Shown in pieces: positions 37,924-50,270 of a DNA stretch of 64,000 nt (the first letter of the stretch is position 1; each line of letters opens with the position of its first letter). Made by a program: the position numbers and the translations under genes. This DNA is from Amoebidium appalachense (taxonomy: Eukaryota > Protista > Ichthyosporea), in assembly GCA_963693365.1 (NCBI GenBank), contig CAVNZM010000002.1, positions 16,835,615 to 16,899,614 of the forward strand, written 5' to 3'. A model generated the notes under the pieces. It was not told where the DNA came from. It ran no database searches and saw only the letters and a program-made list of their open reading frames with translations.

Positions 37924-38568
37924 AAAAAAAAAAAACCGGCAAAAAACAAACAAAAAGTGCATCCCATTCACCCACCTAAGTTTCTTGCCGCCATTGAGAG
38001 CCACTGCCTTTCTAAATATCTCGTCCTGTGTGGAGTTAGTGAACCCATCGAGTACGAGGTTGATGAACACTAGAAGCAGCCCGTACAGACTGTTGGCCCT
38101 GGGGGGGTCTACGGTCAGAAGTGGGTGTGTGCACACAGTGAGAAATGAACACCATGCGGATGGCAGGAAGACAATTAATGGAAGTTTCTTTTAGGTATTC
38201 GGGTCGGGTCAGACCCGGATGGCATACATGCAATATTATTGGCTTGATGTGCATCAAACAGCATTTGGCCTGCCCCGAGGACCAAAAAGCGGTGACAATA
38301 AATCGGCCTAAAAGAAAACCCCTTCAATGAATTTAGGACGGGGAGAGAGGGGGGGGGGAGGGGGGGGGGGGGAGGAATGTGTTAAGGGGTACGAAGGACA
38401 CCTTGGCGACGGGCACAAATGCAGACCAGGGGGAGGGTGGGAGGGTTAGAAGGGAACATGATGCCATACTGTGTGCATGTGTGTGTGCATGTGTGTGTGT
38501 GTTTTGTGTGTGTGTGTGTGTGTGTACGCACGTTTGTGTGCATGTGAAGGTGTCTGTGTGTGTGTGTC

Positions 38569-38607
<39 letters not shown>

Positions 38608-38670
38608 ACTGTGTGAAAAAGTGTGTGTGTGCTGAGAACGTCTGTGAGTGTGCATGTAAGTGTGGATGTG

Positions 38671-38708
<38 letters not shown>

Positions 38709-38760
38709 GCGCACGCGCGCACACGCTTGTGTGTCGAAGGAGTGTGTGATCACGAGGTGT

Positions 38761-38791
<31 letters not shown>

Positions 38792-41470
38792 GGGGAGGGG
38801 AAGGGGAAGGGGCGGAAGGGGGGGGGGGGGGGGGAGGAAGGAGGGGGAGGGGGATAACACACGGCTAAGTTTTTGCAGTTTGTAACAGGATGCCACGGAG
38901 CGCAGAAAACATGCATCTGTTCTTGTTGTTGGGCTTTTCCCCCCCCTTTCTTTCCTTTTTTTTTTTTTTTTTTTTTTTTGGAAGGGGGTGGGGGGGTGGG
39001 GGGGAATACATAAAAGGGTGGCAGATGTGGAAGCAAAGATAAACAAACACAATCGTTTATGCAGAGAACACCTCAACATCAACAGAGCACATATCAGGAG
39101 GCTTCCTACGTCTTCATACCCAGGGGAGGCCCTCAGGGGAGGAGAGGGGAAGGGGGGGGGGGGGGGGGGAAGGGGGAGGGGGTGGGGTGGGGTATGTGTG
39201 TATGTGTATGTGGGGGGGGGGGGGGGGGGGGGGGGGGTTGCACACTTGTCCTCCTTCTTTGAGCCCTTTGCAAGGGTGAACCAAGACACACCGGCAGTGA
39301 TCAGCAGCACACTCACATACTTAGACCATGTGAAGCTGCGCCGGTAGATGATCGTGCCTGGGGGGGGGATGGTGTGAGACACAGAAGATGCATGTTCCCT
39401 TTCCTGTGCATGACTCCGTTTCATCCTCTATTCTGATAGCCATTCGGCTTTTAAATAACACCACTCCAACCGGCTTCAGCCCAATTCCATGCCATTTCCC
39501 ACCCCCCACCTCCCACAAATCCTGTCCCTCCGCCTGACACTGTAGAAAAAAGAAAACAAAAACACACTGTCCCTGCCCCCCCTCCCTCCTCGTGCTTGTG
39601 TCATGGTATCCCAAGATCACCCTAGTCTAACGTATTTTCTCTTTTTACCCCCCCCCCCCCCCCCCCCTCCCCTGATCCCTTCCCCCCCCCCCCCCCCTCC
39701 CCCCATCCCCAAAAAATGAAAAGCTACCACCACCACCAGACAAACCCTTTGTGCCTTTAACCCTCTTTTCTCTTTCGAACTTATTCTGTCACACCAACAC
39801 AAGTCTTTCCTGTTGGAAACCCTCAACTCTACACCGGGGCCCATCAAACCCCCCTCCCCCTCCCCCCCCCTTCTCCCCCCGCCCGTTTCCGTTTCTTCCT
39901 ATTCTTCTAATCTCCTCACTCCCGCCTCATGCACCCTTCCCATGAGCCCCTGTAGCCTCTCCCCCCCCCCTGTCCCCCACCCTCCCCTCCCTCCCTCTCG
40001 TGCAATTGGAACCACTACTGTTCTATCTAGTACACTGCCTCAGACTTTCCTTTGCACATTCCAGCCTGTGCTGGGTACACACGTTTCAGCGTGCGAATGT
40101 GTGTGCGCCTATGCAATGCCCTTGCCGTACTTGGAAAACCGAGGTGGGGTGGGTGGGATGGGTGTTTTTTTTCCTTTTTTTTTTTTTTTGGAAGGGGGGG
40201 AAGGGAGGGAGGGGAGGAGGCCGGGGGGGGGGGGGGGGAGGGGGGGGAGGAGGAGGGGGAGAGGGGGGGTCAACCTGTTAGCATGACAGGGATCAGCTTG
40301 CATGACTTTGCAAGCACGTGGGTGGGGTAGTTGATGTGCTTCAGCGAGGCATAGCCAAACGGGCTGGCAATGGTGTGCGACACCGCCACCTGAAAAAGGA
40401 AAAACGAAAGGCTGTGAAAAGGGTGTCTAGATAAAGTGTGGAAGGTCCATATCCCAGTTAAGGAACAGGAGTGATGGTTCTGGCAGGTGGGTACTAGAAG
40501 GGGGGAGCTGGGGAAGGGAAGTGGGGTGGGGTGGGCCGGGAAACGGGGGGGGGGGGGGGGGGAGGGGGTTCGAATTGAAAAAGGGGAAGGGTGGGTAGGG
40601 ACGGGGTTTTTTGCATGCAATAAGCGGCAGATCGTGGACAAACAAAACATGTTCAGAAAAGAGCTCCACCCTACAACCTCCTGTTTTTCGTGTGTGCGTG
40701 TGTGTGAGTGTGTTTAAGAGAGACAGAGGGGCGGGGGGGGGGGGGGGGGGGGGGGGGGGGAGGGGGAGGGGGGGGGGAGGGGGGCGCGGAGCTGGACACA
40801 CTGAACATACATTCTTCACATATTAAAGGCCACCGCCCACTTCCCACTTTAATGTTATCCCACACCTCACAATAGGCCCATCCATACGGGGGGGGGGACG
40901 GGAGGCGGGTAAGCGGGTGTGTGTATGTGGGGGGGAGGGGGGGGATTGGTACCTTGACATAGTCAAGGAGCAGAGGCCCAGGCCATGGAAACCCCTGACC
41001 ACTGATGGCAAGTGAAACCAAGGCAACAATACTGCAGGGACGTGGGGGGTTGGTTTGGGTAGCCTGATTTGAGCAGGGGTCTTGAAGAATTTAGGGGTAC
41101 TGGGGGGGGGGGGGGGGGAGGGGGGCGGGGAGGGGGGGGGGGGGGGGGGGAGGGGTAGAAGGAATGGAATGGTTGAAGTGCAGCAGTGTGTTCGCTCGCC
41201 TACATGATAACTAATTGTATTTGTAAAATGTGTGCGTGTGGGTGTGGGCGCAAGGTCGATTCGATAGAAACAAGAGCACAGGGAAAGGCACAAAGATCTG
41301 GAGGTGGATGGCCAAAACACTTGAAGAGCTAAGAAAGTGGAAAGGATGCAAAGCTTTCGTTTACACAGCTGGCTAGAATTTGTCTCATCTGCAGACGGGG
41401 AGCAGCTGCGGTAATAGGGTAGGAGTGGTGGGGGGGGGGGGGGAGGGGGGGGGAAGGAGGGAGGGAGGGA

Positions 41471-41504
<34 letters not shown>

Positions 41505-41819
41505 GGGGGGGCGGGGGAGCGGGTTGCCTTAGCGGAGTGGGGCTGGCGGAGGTAAGAGAAGAATGACTTAGGGGTAAAAAATGGGGCTAACTAGTGCCCG
41601 TGAGCATTTGATTGCTAAAATGGTTACTTACCAAGCAATAAACGCTTGAATGCCGTTGAGCACAAAGACATAGGTGTATCGCTCGCACACTCGCTTCTCC
41701 CCCTCGCCACTACACCAGTCTATGGCGGAAACTCTCTCCTGCAATATGGCCCACACTATGTAGCACACGTATATCCCCGCCACATACGTGGCCAGGACAA
41801 GGTGGCGTGAACTAAGCAT
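35792..41819 (-). CDS. SLC35B1: ER nucleotide-sugar transporter family protein SLC35B1/Hut1 (UAA family)
   Basis: ATG at 41819 ([16 protein letters not shown]). Exons ~41032-40953, ~40389-40275 ([29 protein letters not shown]), ~39357-39246, ~38098-37976 ([12 protein letters not shown]), ~37256-37144 (HMMFNLNL) and ~36109-35792 ([29 protein letters not shown]). The C-terminal KKVK is a dilysine ER-retrieval signal. Confidence 0.9.
37708..37760 (+). repeat. Highly degenerate 3' fragment of family 1 repeat (the only copy antisense to its host gene)
   Basis: CTGCATTGTGTTGTCCGTCG..ACCTCGTACTCTGTAGCGCATT resembles the consensus CTGCATCGTGTTATCCGT..ACTTCGTACT..GACGCATT. Confidence 0.5.
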
Positions 41820-42912
41820 GGTCACTACTCTACCACCACGAGCACTAGAAAAATACACTCGGAAAGGCCTGAATCTCCCTCGGATAATGGTGCCGAGGAC
41901 CGTCCGACGTGTTTGTCATCTGTGCCATGGCCGAAAACGAAAAATCCCCTCGTTATTGTAAACATTACGGCTGAAAGGCTTCATCGAATACAGCAGAGCC
42001 GCGGCTTTGAGACAGTGCGAGACTGCCACCTCGATAAAGTCAATACATTTCATAACAACGAGGAAACTCATTTCCAGTCCGACCGCTTCGAATTCCGTGA
42101 ATTCATGAAAGCGGCGAACACAAGAATACTTTATTTTATATACTGTAAAGTAACACCAATTAATACAGGGCGGTTGAGCATATAAACCTATATTGGGATT
42201 AAACAAATTTTAAAAGCTATTTATCACGAATACAGACGAACATGACAACATTGTGCCTAGGTGGCTGCAACTGATTGGTGGTCAGGGCACACATACGATT
42301 TTTCTATAAGCTTGGTAATTTCAGCATGATTTCTTTACAGCTGAGGTCCAAAAGCTATGAAAAAAAAAAATATTAAAATAATTTATGATATCATTCATCT
42401 TCATCTTGTAGTGACTGGTAGACTTGCTTCTGCCAATATTGATGATGTTTGATTGGTCCCTGGCGCTTCAAGTCGTTTGTTCCCCTAAGCTAGGATGTTT
42501 TCATCGACCCCTAATTAAAAATAAGTAAATGTTTCATAACAAAAACCATAATATGCTTGTGTAGAGCAAGCATCGCATAAAAAAAATAAAACTTACATCA
42601 TTAAGTAAAAATAAGGCTTTCTTATAGTTAAATACCTTATTAGCTTACAATGTAAACTTGGTTCCTGTGAATCAGGCTGTGATATTGGATTAGGGATGAG
42701 GATTCAAAAACACAAAGAACCCGCGACTCTGCTTTTTCCTGACGATCCGGAGGTTTTGGTCATACGTTTTGATTGGCTGTGATTAGATCCCTGTGCACGA
42801 GGGCCCTAGCATAAAACGGCATTCTTCTTCAGCCTTCCATTTTCACGACGGTTTGTTTACTGTAACGTAGCACCTTATTTTTCGCCCCTCTAGGGAGTTT
42901 GTTATAGGAAAA

Positions 42913-45077
42913 ATGTCTGAGACAAAGACAGTTACGTTTGCTGAGGTTGCCCAGCACAAGGATAAGAAGGACATTTGGTTCGTGATCAACGGCAAGGCTT
43001 ACGATGTAACCCCCTTCCTTGACGAGCACCCGGGTGGTGAGGAGGTGAGTGTGGAAGAGCCTCGAGCCACACGTGTTATTCCCTGTGAGGGCATCTTTTA
43101 TACCTAAGTCCTAAGTCCAACGTTTTTTTATTTTATTCATTGCCTCGGACTAGTATTTTTATACATGCACAAGGTTTCTAATATTGTTGGAAGTTTGCTG
43201 CCAAAGTTTGGAGAACTACAGAGGCATGAAATTCCCCCTGTGCTGTCAACCAACCTCTTTCCCTGACTTGTCATCTTGTGAGTAGTACCTTTGCCTGGTT
43301 CTACTGTCAAACCATTCCAGATGACTTCTCAAAAACACACACTTACGGGAGCCGACTCGACTGTTGTTTTATTTTGCTTTCTCGGTTATTCAGAGTAGCT
43401 GTTGTATGCCACGTTCAGGGTCGTTCAAGAGATTAAGTCATTATTCTTTTGCCAGGTGCTGCTCGAGCACGCCGGTGCCGATGCCACACAGGCATTCGAT
43501 GATGTCGGGCACTCGACTGATGCCATCAGCGATTTGAAGAAGTACTATGTGGTATGTTTAGCTCCCCCCCACCCACCCACCCACCCACCCACCCACCACC
43601 ATACACACACACACACACATATACACACACACGACCTCAACGCTCTCCCTGATGTTGGGTCCCTTTCCTGTCACTTGCATGTACTAGCCAAGATGTCTCG
43701 TTTGTGTGATCGGTCTGCTTGCTTTTCTTGGTGTGCACTGCCCTTCGTTGTGTTTTGGTGGTGGATCGGGTGTTGCCCCCCCCCCACCCTCCCCCCACCC
43801 CAAGCTGCACCCACCCATGTTTCCTTGCTCCTTTTCTGCATGCTGTCTGCTGTTGCGGTCTTAGAGTTGCTGTGTGTGTGTTTGTATGCTTTGCTGTGTA
43901 CTTTGTTTTCTGCTTGCCTGCATCTCGACCCGTTTGCTCCCCACACCCGTAGCTCCGAACAGGGTGTCATTTTTGGTGTTCTACGAGTCACTCGTGGGCA
44001 AATGGTGTTTTTCACTTCTTTCACCCCCTTGTGAAGTATGCACATACACCCTCGCTTTCTCTTGTGGCCTCTTTTCGATGCACCACAATGCTTGTGCCTC
44101 GTCTAGCATGTATCGGTCACCCTGCATACATTCCACACTGTGTGTTGTATGTCATAACACCCCCCCCACACACACACACACCTTTCCCCCCCCCGGCGCC
44201 CGTGGCCAACACACACACACACACACACACACACGACCACCAACACGCGGAACAAGGTCATCTGCTATGTTTGCGTTTTGGTTTTGATGTGAGTTCATTT
44301 TGGCAATGCTGCACCCATGGGCATGGTGCTGTTTCGTGGCATGCCTTTCGCGCTTGTTTATGTACAGTGTACCTCCTCCCCCTCCCCTTCCCCCCCTCTC
44401 TCACTACCGTTGCCTGTTTGCCTGCTGGCATAAGTGACCCTGCTCGTCTCTGATCAAGGCGGGTGACCCACCCATGTGCAAGTGAAATAGTTTCTGAGTT
44501 GGGGTTCGTTGACGAGATGACTGGGTTGGAACTCGGGTACTGTGGATGACGTGGGCCTGCCTTGAGGATGGGCTTTGCTTTTTATGCATGCTCTTGATGT
44601 GTAGTTTGCATTCTGAATTGTGTTTGCCGTTGTGAATGTGTACTTCGTACTCCATGGCGCGCACCCCCCTTTCCCCCCCCCCCCCCCCCCCCCCCACCCA
44701 ACACACACACCACCACCCCCACGACCCAAAAATGAAGAAGCAGAAGAAGAAAAGAAAGGGGGGTGGGGATGGGGAACACCCTCACTCATTTCATCCCACC
44801 GTTGTATGTTGCTATGCGTCCCGGTGCACTGTGTTCTTTTTCCTTCGTATTTGCAGTGCACCACCTTGAGCTCCAGCACTCTGCTGTGTTCAAAATACAT
44901 CCCCCCCGGGTTTCGTTAACGAGGTGAATGGGTCGAAACTCTCGTAATGTGGATGACGTGCCCCCCCCCCCCCCCCCCCCCCCTAAGGATGGGCTTTGCT
45001 TATTATGCATACTCTTTATGTACGGTTTGCATTCTGCATCCGTTGTTCACGTGTACTTCTTACTCTATGATGCATTC

Positions 45078-45132
<55 letters not shown>

Positions 45133-45335
45133 ACACACACGCGCGCTCCCCTTTAAACACACGCACATACACACGTCACCAATCTTGCCGGTCCCACACT
45201 ACCCTCATCACACACTAAGTGCATGTCGTTCGGGTCCTTGTACCTATTTCCCCTTCTTTCCCCTGGCTCTCCTCTTGTTTGGGTGCACCAGTCTCCCTAT
45301 ACTTCTGCCCATCCTTCCAGTTGCTTCCTTCCCTC

Positions 45336-45375
<40 letters not shown>

Positions 45376-45607
45376 TTCAGGTGCCTTGCACATACACATA
45401 GACACACACAACCACTACACATTGGACACTGTGGGATTTACCATTGTTTCCTCACAGGCCGATGTTGAGGGTGCCACCGTGACGGCACCAGGCAAGAAGG
45501 CAGCCAAGGCAACACAGCAGGGGGGCAGCGACTTCATCACATACTTGATCCCCATGCAGTCATGCTGCTGCTATCTACTACAAGCTGTACATGGCTTAAA
45601 GGTGTAA
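42913..45607 (+). CDS. CYB5: Cytochrome b5 (tail-anchored); last exon appears frameshifted in this sequence
   Basis: Exons 42913-43044 (..YDVTPFLDEHPGGEE), 43456-43551 (VLLEHAGADATQAFDDVGHS) and 45458 onward. Both haem-ligand His motifs (HPGG, GHS) are present. Confidence 0.93.
44427..44660 (+). mobile_element. Near full-length but degenerate family 1 repeat in cytochrome b5 intron 2
   Basis: CATAAGTGACCCTGCTCGTCTCTGATCAAGGCGGGT..GTGAAATAGTTTCTGAGTTGGG..ACTCGGGTACTGTGGATGACGTGGG..TTGAGGATGGGC; the GAAA and CUGA core positions are mutated. Confidence 0.88.
44908..45079 (+). mobile_element. Family 1 repeat copy starting at GGGTTTCG and ending CATTCAA plus poly-C
   Basis: Matches 63644-63810 with substitutions and an expanded internal C-run. 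Confidence 0.88.
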
Positions 45608-45949
45608 TTATTGTCTAATGCCATGGTACACATTAGGCTCCCTTATTAGCATGTAGGTCTTATGCGCTCTGTGTTTGTACGAGCATGGGTTGTTGTGCAG
45701 GGGTGATTTTTCGAAACAAACCGAGTGCCTTTTGTGTTTGCAGTAAGGCCATGCCTGACGCTGCTATTTCGTCCAGTTTTGTATTTCCATCTTAATCTTA
45801 CTGCGTACTTGCCTTATATAGTTGTGGGTGGTATTATGCCCGGGCTTGATGTCCTGCCGACTGTAGCTAAAACAATGACCTCGATCATCATTACTATTGT
45901 CTCCATGCGAGTGTCGGCGACCCCCCCCACCCACCCACCCACCCACCCC

Positions 45950-46144
45950 ACCCATGTTCAAGTGAAACGGTATCTGAGTTGGGTTTCGTTGACGAGATGA
46001 ATGGGTCGAAACTCGGGTACTGTGGGTGACGTGGCCTTCCCCTGAGGATGGGCTCATTATAATGCATACTCTTTATGTGTGGTTGCACTCTGCATCGTGT
46101 TGTTCGTTGTTTTTGTGAGCTTCGTAATTCATGGCGTATTCAAA
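45950..46144 (+). mobile_element. Family 1 repeat with intact putative hammerhead core, about 350 nt downstream of the cytochrome b5 stop
   Basis: GTT 45978-45980, GGG 45981-45983, AATGGGTC-GAAA 46000-46011, CCC-CTGAGGA 46039-46048, GGCTCATT 46051-46058. Confidence 0.88.
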
Positions 46145-46843
46145 CCCCCCTCCCCCTCTTCCTTCCACAACCACCATCACAATCACCAAACCCTGTCTTT
46201 TCCTCCCTTCCCATAGCCCTCTTCCCCTTTGCCCTTCCCCTCCCTTTTGTGTTGTTCGTTATGAATGTGTACTCAGCGGACTCAATAACACGCTCTATAC
46301 CCCCTCCCCCCCCCTTTTCTCTCTCTCCCTCTGAATTGCTCTCTCTCTCTCTCTTCTTTTTCTCTCTCTATGTAACTGTAAAGTTCCCTCACAGCTTTGG
46401 AGAGCCCTTCCCGAATTTCAAAGCAAGTGCACACACGTCCATTTCTTTATATAATAGCGGCTTGCACCACCACTACACTACATGTTACGTTGGCATCAGC
46501 AAGAACACGTGCACAGCGTCCCACCCAGACAACTTAGCATTGTCATTTACACATATGCACGCACACATGTGCACATACACACACACAGGCGCGCCTGCGC
46601 ACACACGTGAACACACACACAAACATATTTGATTTGCCCCAATCAAGAGTCAAAAGGTGCAGCGCTGGTCAATGCGAAGGTAAGAAGTTGTAGGTGGTGG
46701 TAGCAGTGGTGCGCATCGTGGTGGTGGTGGTGATGGTGGTGATGGTGGGCGGGGGGGGGGGGGAGGCCCTAGGGGGGTATGTCGTAGGGCCGGGACCCAC
46801 CACCCCACCGGAAACGTGGGTCCCGCCGTTCCAATGGGGGGTT

Positions 46844-46876
<33 letters not shown>

Positions 46877-47261
46877 AGGGGGGGGACCACCCATGGCCAG
46901 GGGAGACTTCTTTCCAAAAGCATATCCCGGTTCAGCCGTTAGTTGTCTACGTCCCCGGGGAGGCCCCTCTGAAGGGCCTCGTGGGAACTAACCCGCGTCT
47001 TCCACTAGGCACAGACGGCAGCTGTACCGGTCCTAGTAGTAAGGTGCTAAATGATGATGTTGAACACTTTCATAAATCCCAACTGCACTGAATACGTACA
47101 GACCTCGCTAGCCCAGGGCTTTTGCCTCAGCTGAGTCTCTAGGAGAGAATTCGACATCTACTACTACTGCCGGCCCCGGCCTCCCTCCCTCTCCCCCCCC
47201 CCTTCCCCTCCGGGCCCTTGCTCCCCCTCCCCCCTCCTCCCCCCGCTCTCCTCCCCCCCCC

Positions 47262-47307
<46 letters not shown>

Positions 47308-48743
47308 GGCGCACGCTCCTTCCGCAGCAGGATTTCAAAATATCCTAGTCTAAGAAGGGGGAAAGGGTTACCGTTACTATTTGAAGACTAATAGCATGTG
47401 AGGCTAGCTTAAGTTAAAATGGTGGGCCTTAACAGTCGCTTCCCGTACATATCAATTACTACTACGCCGGTATAGTCAAGCTTAGTGGGAGAAGGAGCAC
47501 TGGACTCTTGATAATGATTTACGGAGAGAGAGAGACAGACAGAGAGAGAGAGAGAGAGTTAGGGTGAAGGGCGGTGAGAGAGTTGTCAAGTGGACACAGT
47601 GTCATTGATGTACATGTATTGTGATTGCGAGAGAGCTACAAGTATTTGCTCTCACGGTAAGGGCAGTGGCTACAAGAAGGGTAACCCGGGGGAGGGGGCG
47701 CGCAGGGGGCCCGGGGGAGGGGGGGGGGGGGAGGGAAGAGGGGGGGGGGGAAGGGGGAGGGGGGGGGGGGGGAGGGGGGGGGGGGAGGTAATATTAAAAT
47801 GTGGAAGCCGGCACGAGGTACATCTACACGATGACTCTTGAACACGACACATGCCATGATGCAAGGGCAAACATGGACCTATCGAATACTGTAGGGTCTT
47901 TATCAGCACTGCTGCCCACTGGCAAGAGCCCTTGGCTATATACCTAAGCTGAGACTAGTACTATGTTCGAGCCCGTCATTAACATGACACATGCGCATGC
48001 AAACGGCAGAACTGTTACAACTGCCGGATAATTTACAAAAAGAAAAAAAAAGGGGTCCCGTTATGAAAATGCATCGTTCGGCTGTTTGTGTGTGTGTGTG
48101 TGTTTGGGGGGAGGGGGGAAGGGGGGGGTCTAATATAGTGTTGTGGTGCAGGCTGTGGAGCTTAGGGTGGTGGGGGCATGGCCAGTGCATGATAGTATCC
48201 CATATATAGTAGTGTGGTGGTGGCTGCTGTGCGCGAACTGCAACACACAGCTGTCCCAAACATTCAAAAGCTACAGTTAGCCACATTCTTTCACTTGAAC
48301 TTGTGACGTGGCTCTTATACTATGTAGTGCTTAGTGAAAGAATGCAACTTTCTGCAACTGGGCAACTGTTGCTGTATGTATACGGTGACTTGTACAGGGC
48401 CGCCCTCTGAGGGGACCCAACCATATCGGCTGAGTCAACTTGCTCCGAGCATAATTATTCTATACAGAAATCTTCTGAATGATTCGGCTGCTTGGGGAAT
48501 ACTTCTGTTTACATATGCAGCATAATTCTGCTTTGCATTGTGCAGAATAATTCTGCTTTGCGCAGAAACTCTCCTCGGAGATGATTCTGCCAATGTGGCT
48601 GGGTCCTCTCTGAGGCTCCCCTATGTGAAGCCGTAACCTCCCTCCCCCCCCCCCCCCCCCCCCCCAAAACACCTCACTAAGGGGGGTGCACCCCCCTTTT
48701 TTATTGTTTTTGCCGTTCATTTATGCCCCCGCGATCGACCGGA

Positions 48744-48774
<31 letters not shown>

Positions 48775-50201
48775 TTCCCCCCCCCCCCCCCCCCCCCCCT
48801 TCCCCCCCCTTGAATTCCTCCGTCCGCCCGCCCTCCCTCCCTCCCCATCCTCTTTCCTCCCTTCAATGCAGGCACCCTACCCATCCCTGCTCCCCCCCCC
48901 CCCCCCCCCCCCCCCCCCTCCCCCTCCCCCCCCCGGGCCCTCTCCCCTCCCGGCCCCGGGCCCTCTCCCCGCGCCGCAGCGCCATACCCCACCTCCCAAA
49001 AACCGGCGTCTGGTTTTGCTGCTCCTTAGCGTTTACCTTATAAAAAAGTATCAGGGGCCTTCTTTAAACCTTTAACAAGCCTCTCCCCCCGACCCCACGA
49101 GCACGTGGACCAACGTTAACACCACATTCCATACAAGCCCCCCTCGAGACCTTCCCCCCTTCTCCCAACCTCAATTCCCCTCGCCCGCCCGCCCTCTCCC
49201 CTCCTCCCCCCCCCCGCCCCTCCCTTTCCCCTCCTTAGATTCCCTTGGCTGTGCAGTGACCTATACAACGGCACGCCAACCTGTATGGTCAGTGACACAC
49301 GTGTGCTAAGCCCCCGTGGCCAGCACCTCTTGTGCACGTCCCATCGAAATGGTTGCAACTGGGGGCAAGCTGAGAGATCTGGAATATATGTCGGCAGCGG
49401 CACTAAACAAATTGGCAGTGCGCTGCAGGAGACGTGTTCGAAGAACACACTATCCAGCTGTGCTGCTTATAAACCTGGAGACCGTTGGCAACAAGTATTA
49501 CTGAGGCAGGGCATCCCAACCGGGGCCAACCCGTGGAGATGACACCGTTGGCAACAGGAGTCGTCCAGACAGCCGGCGCCGGATCATGTCAAGCCACGCC
49601 CCAATGAGCAATGACACATATCACAAGGGAATAATGCCGTGGCTGGATGCTTCATTCTGTAATTCTTGCGAATGAGTAAAGCGTAATGGTTATATTCCGA
49701 CTCCAATCCAGTCTGCGAATCAATTCCCACTGGCCCCCACTAAACCAGTGGCCCAGTGGGCAGTTTTTTTACCGACTTCAAAAACGCGCCGTTTTGGCGC
49801 AGCCGTTACGGATTGGTTGACAGTTGTCTTTGGGCCCTGGTGACAGAAGAAAGGGGATTGGATGCTATATTTGGTTGCTGCACGCTATAAAATCATACCT
49901 TTATCATATAGGTTATATACGCAGTAAAAGTGGAAATATAATAGGGGTTTACGCTGTTTACTCGAGGCAAAGAGAACCAGTCTCAGGTATGGGGGGGGGG
50001 GGGTTTTGCTCGGAATATCCCCTCAGCGGTATATCATGATCACGTACATAGATGTCGGGTGGTGACTATATATCAGGGTTTACTTTCTCTACGAGACACC
50101 ATAAAGACTACAAGGAGAAATCAATTAGTTGGGGTTCCCCGTTTTTTTTTTTTTTTTTTTTTTTTAAAGGGGCTCCCCTCGGGACACTCGGTATCAGCTG
50201 G

Positions 50202-50250
<49 letters not shown>

Positions 50251-50270
50251 TGTGTGTGTGTGCGCGTGCG

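Noticed and set aside
45985-46025. Canonical type I minimal hammerhead reading UUGACGA-GAU..GUC-GAAAC-UCGG-GUA
   Set aside because: No stem I can form, and UUGACGA is not conserved (UUAACGA in other copies, absent in family 2). The downstream CUGANGA is conserved, which favours the permuted model.
47050-47092. ATGATGA...CTGA as a C/D snoRNA
   Set aside because: Only about 40 nt between the boxes, no terminal stem and no recognisable guide.
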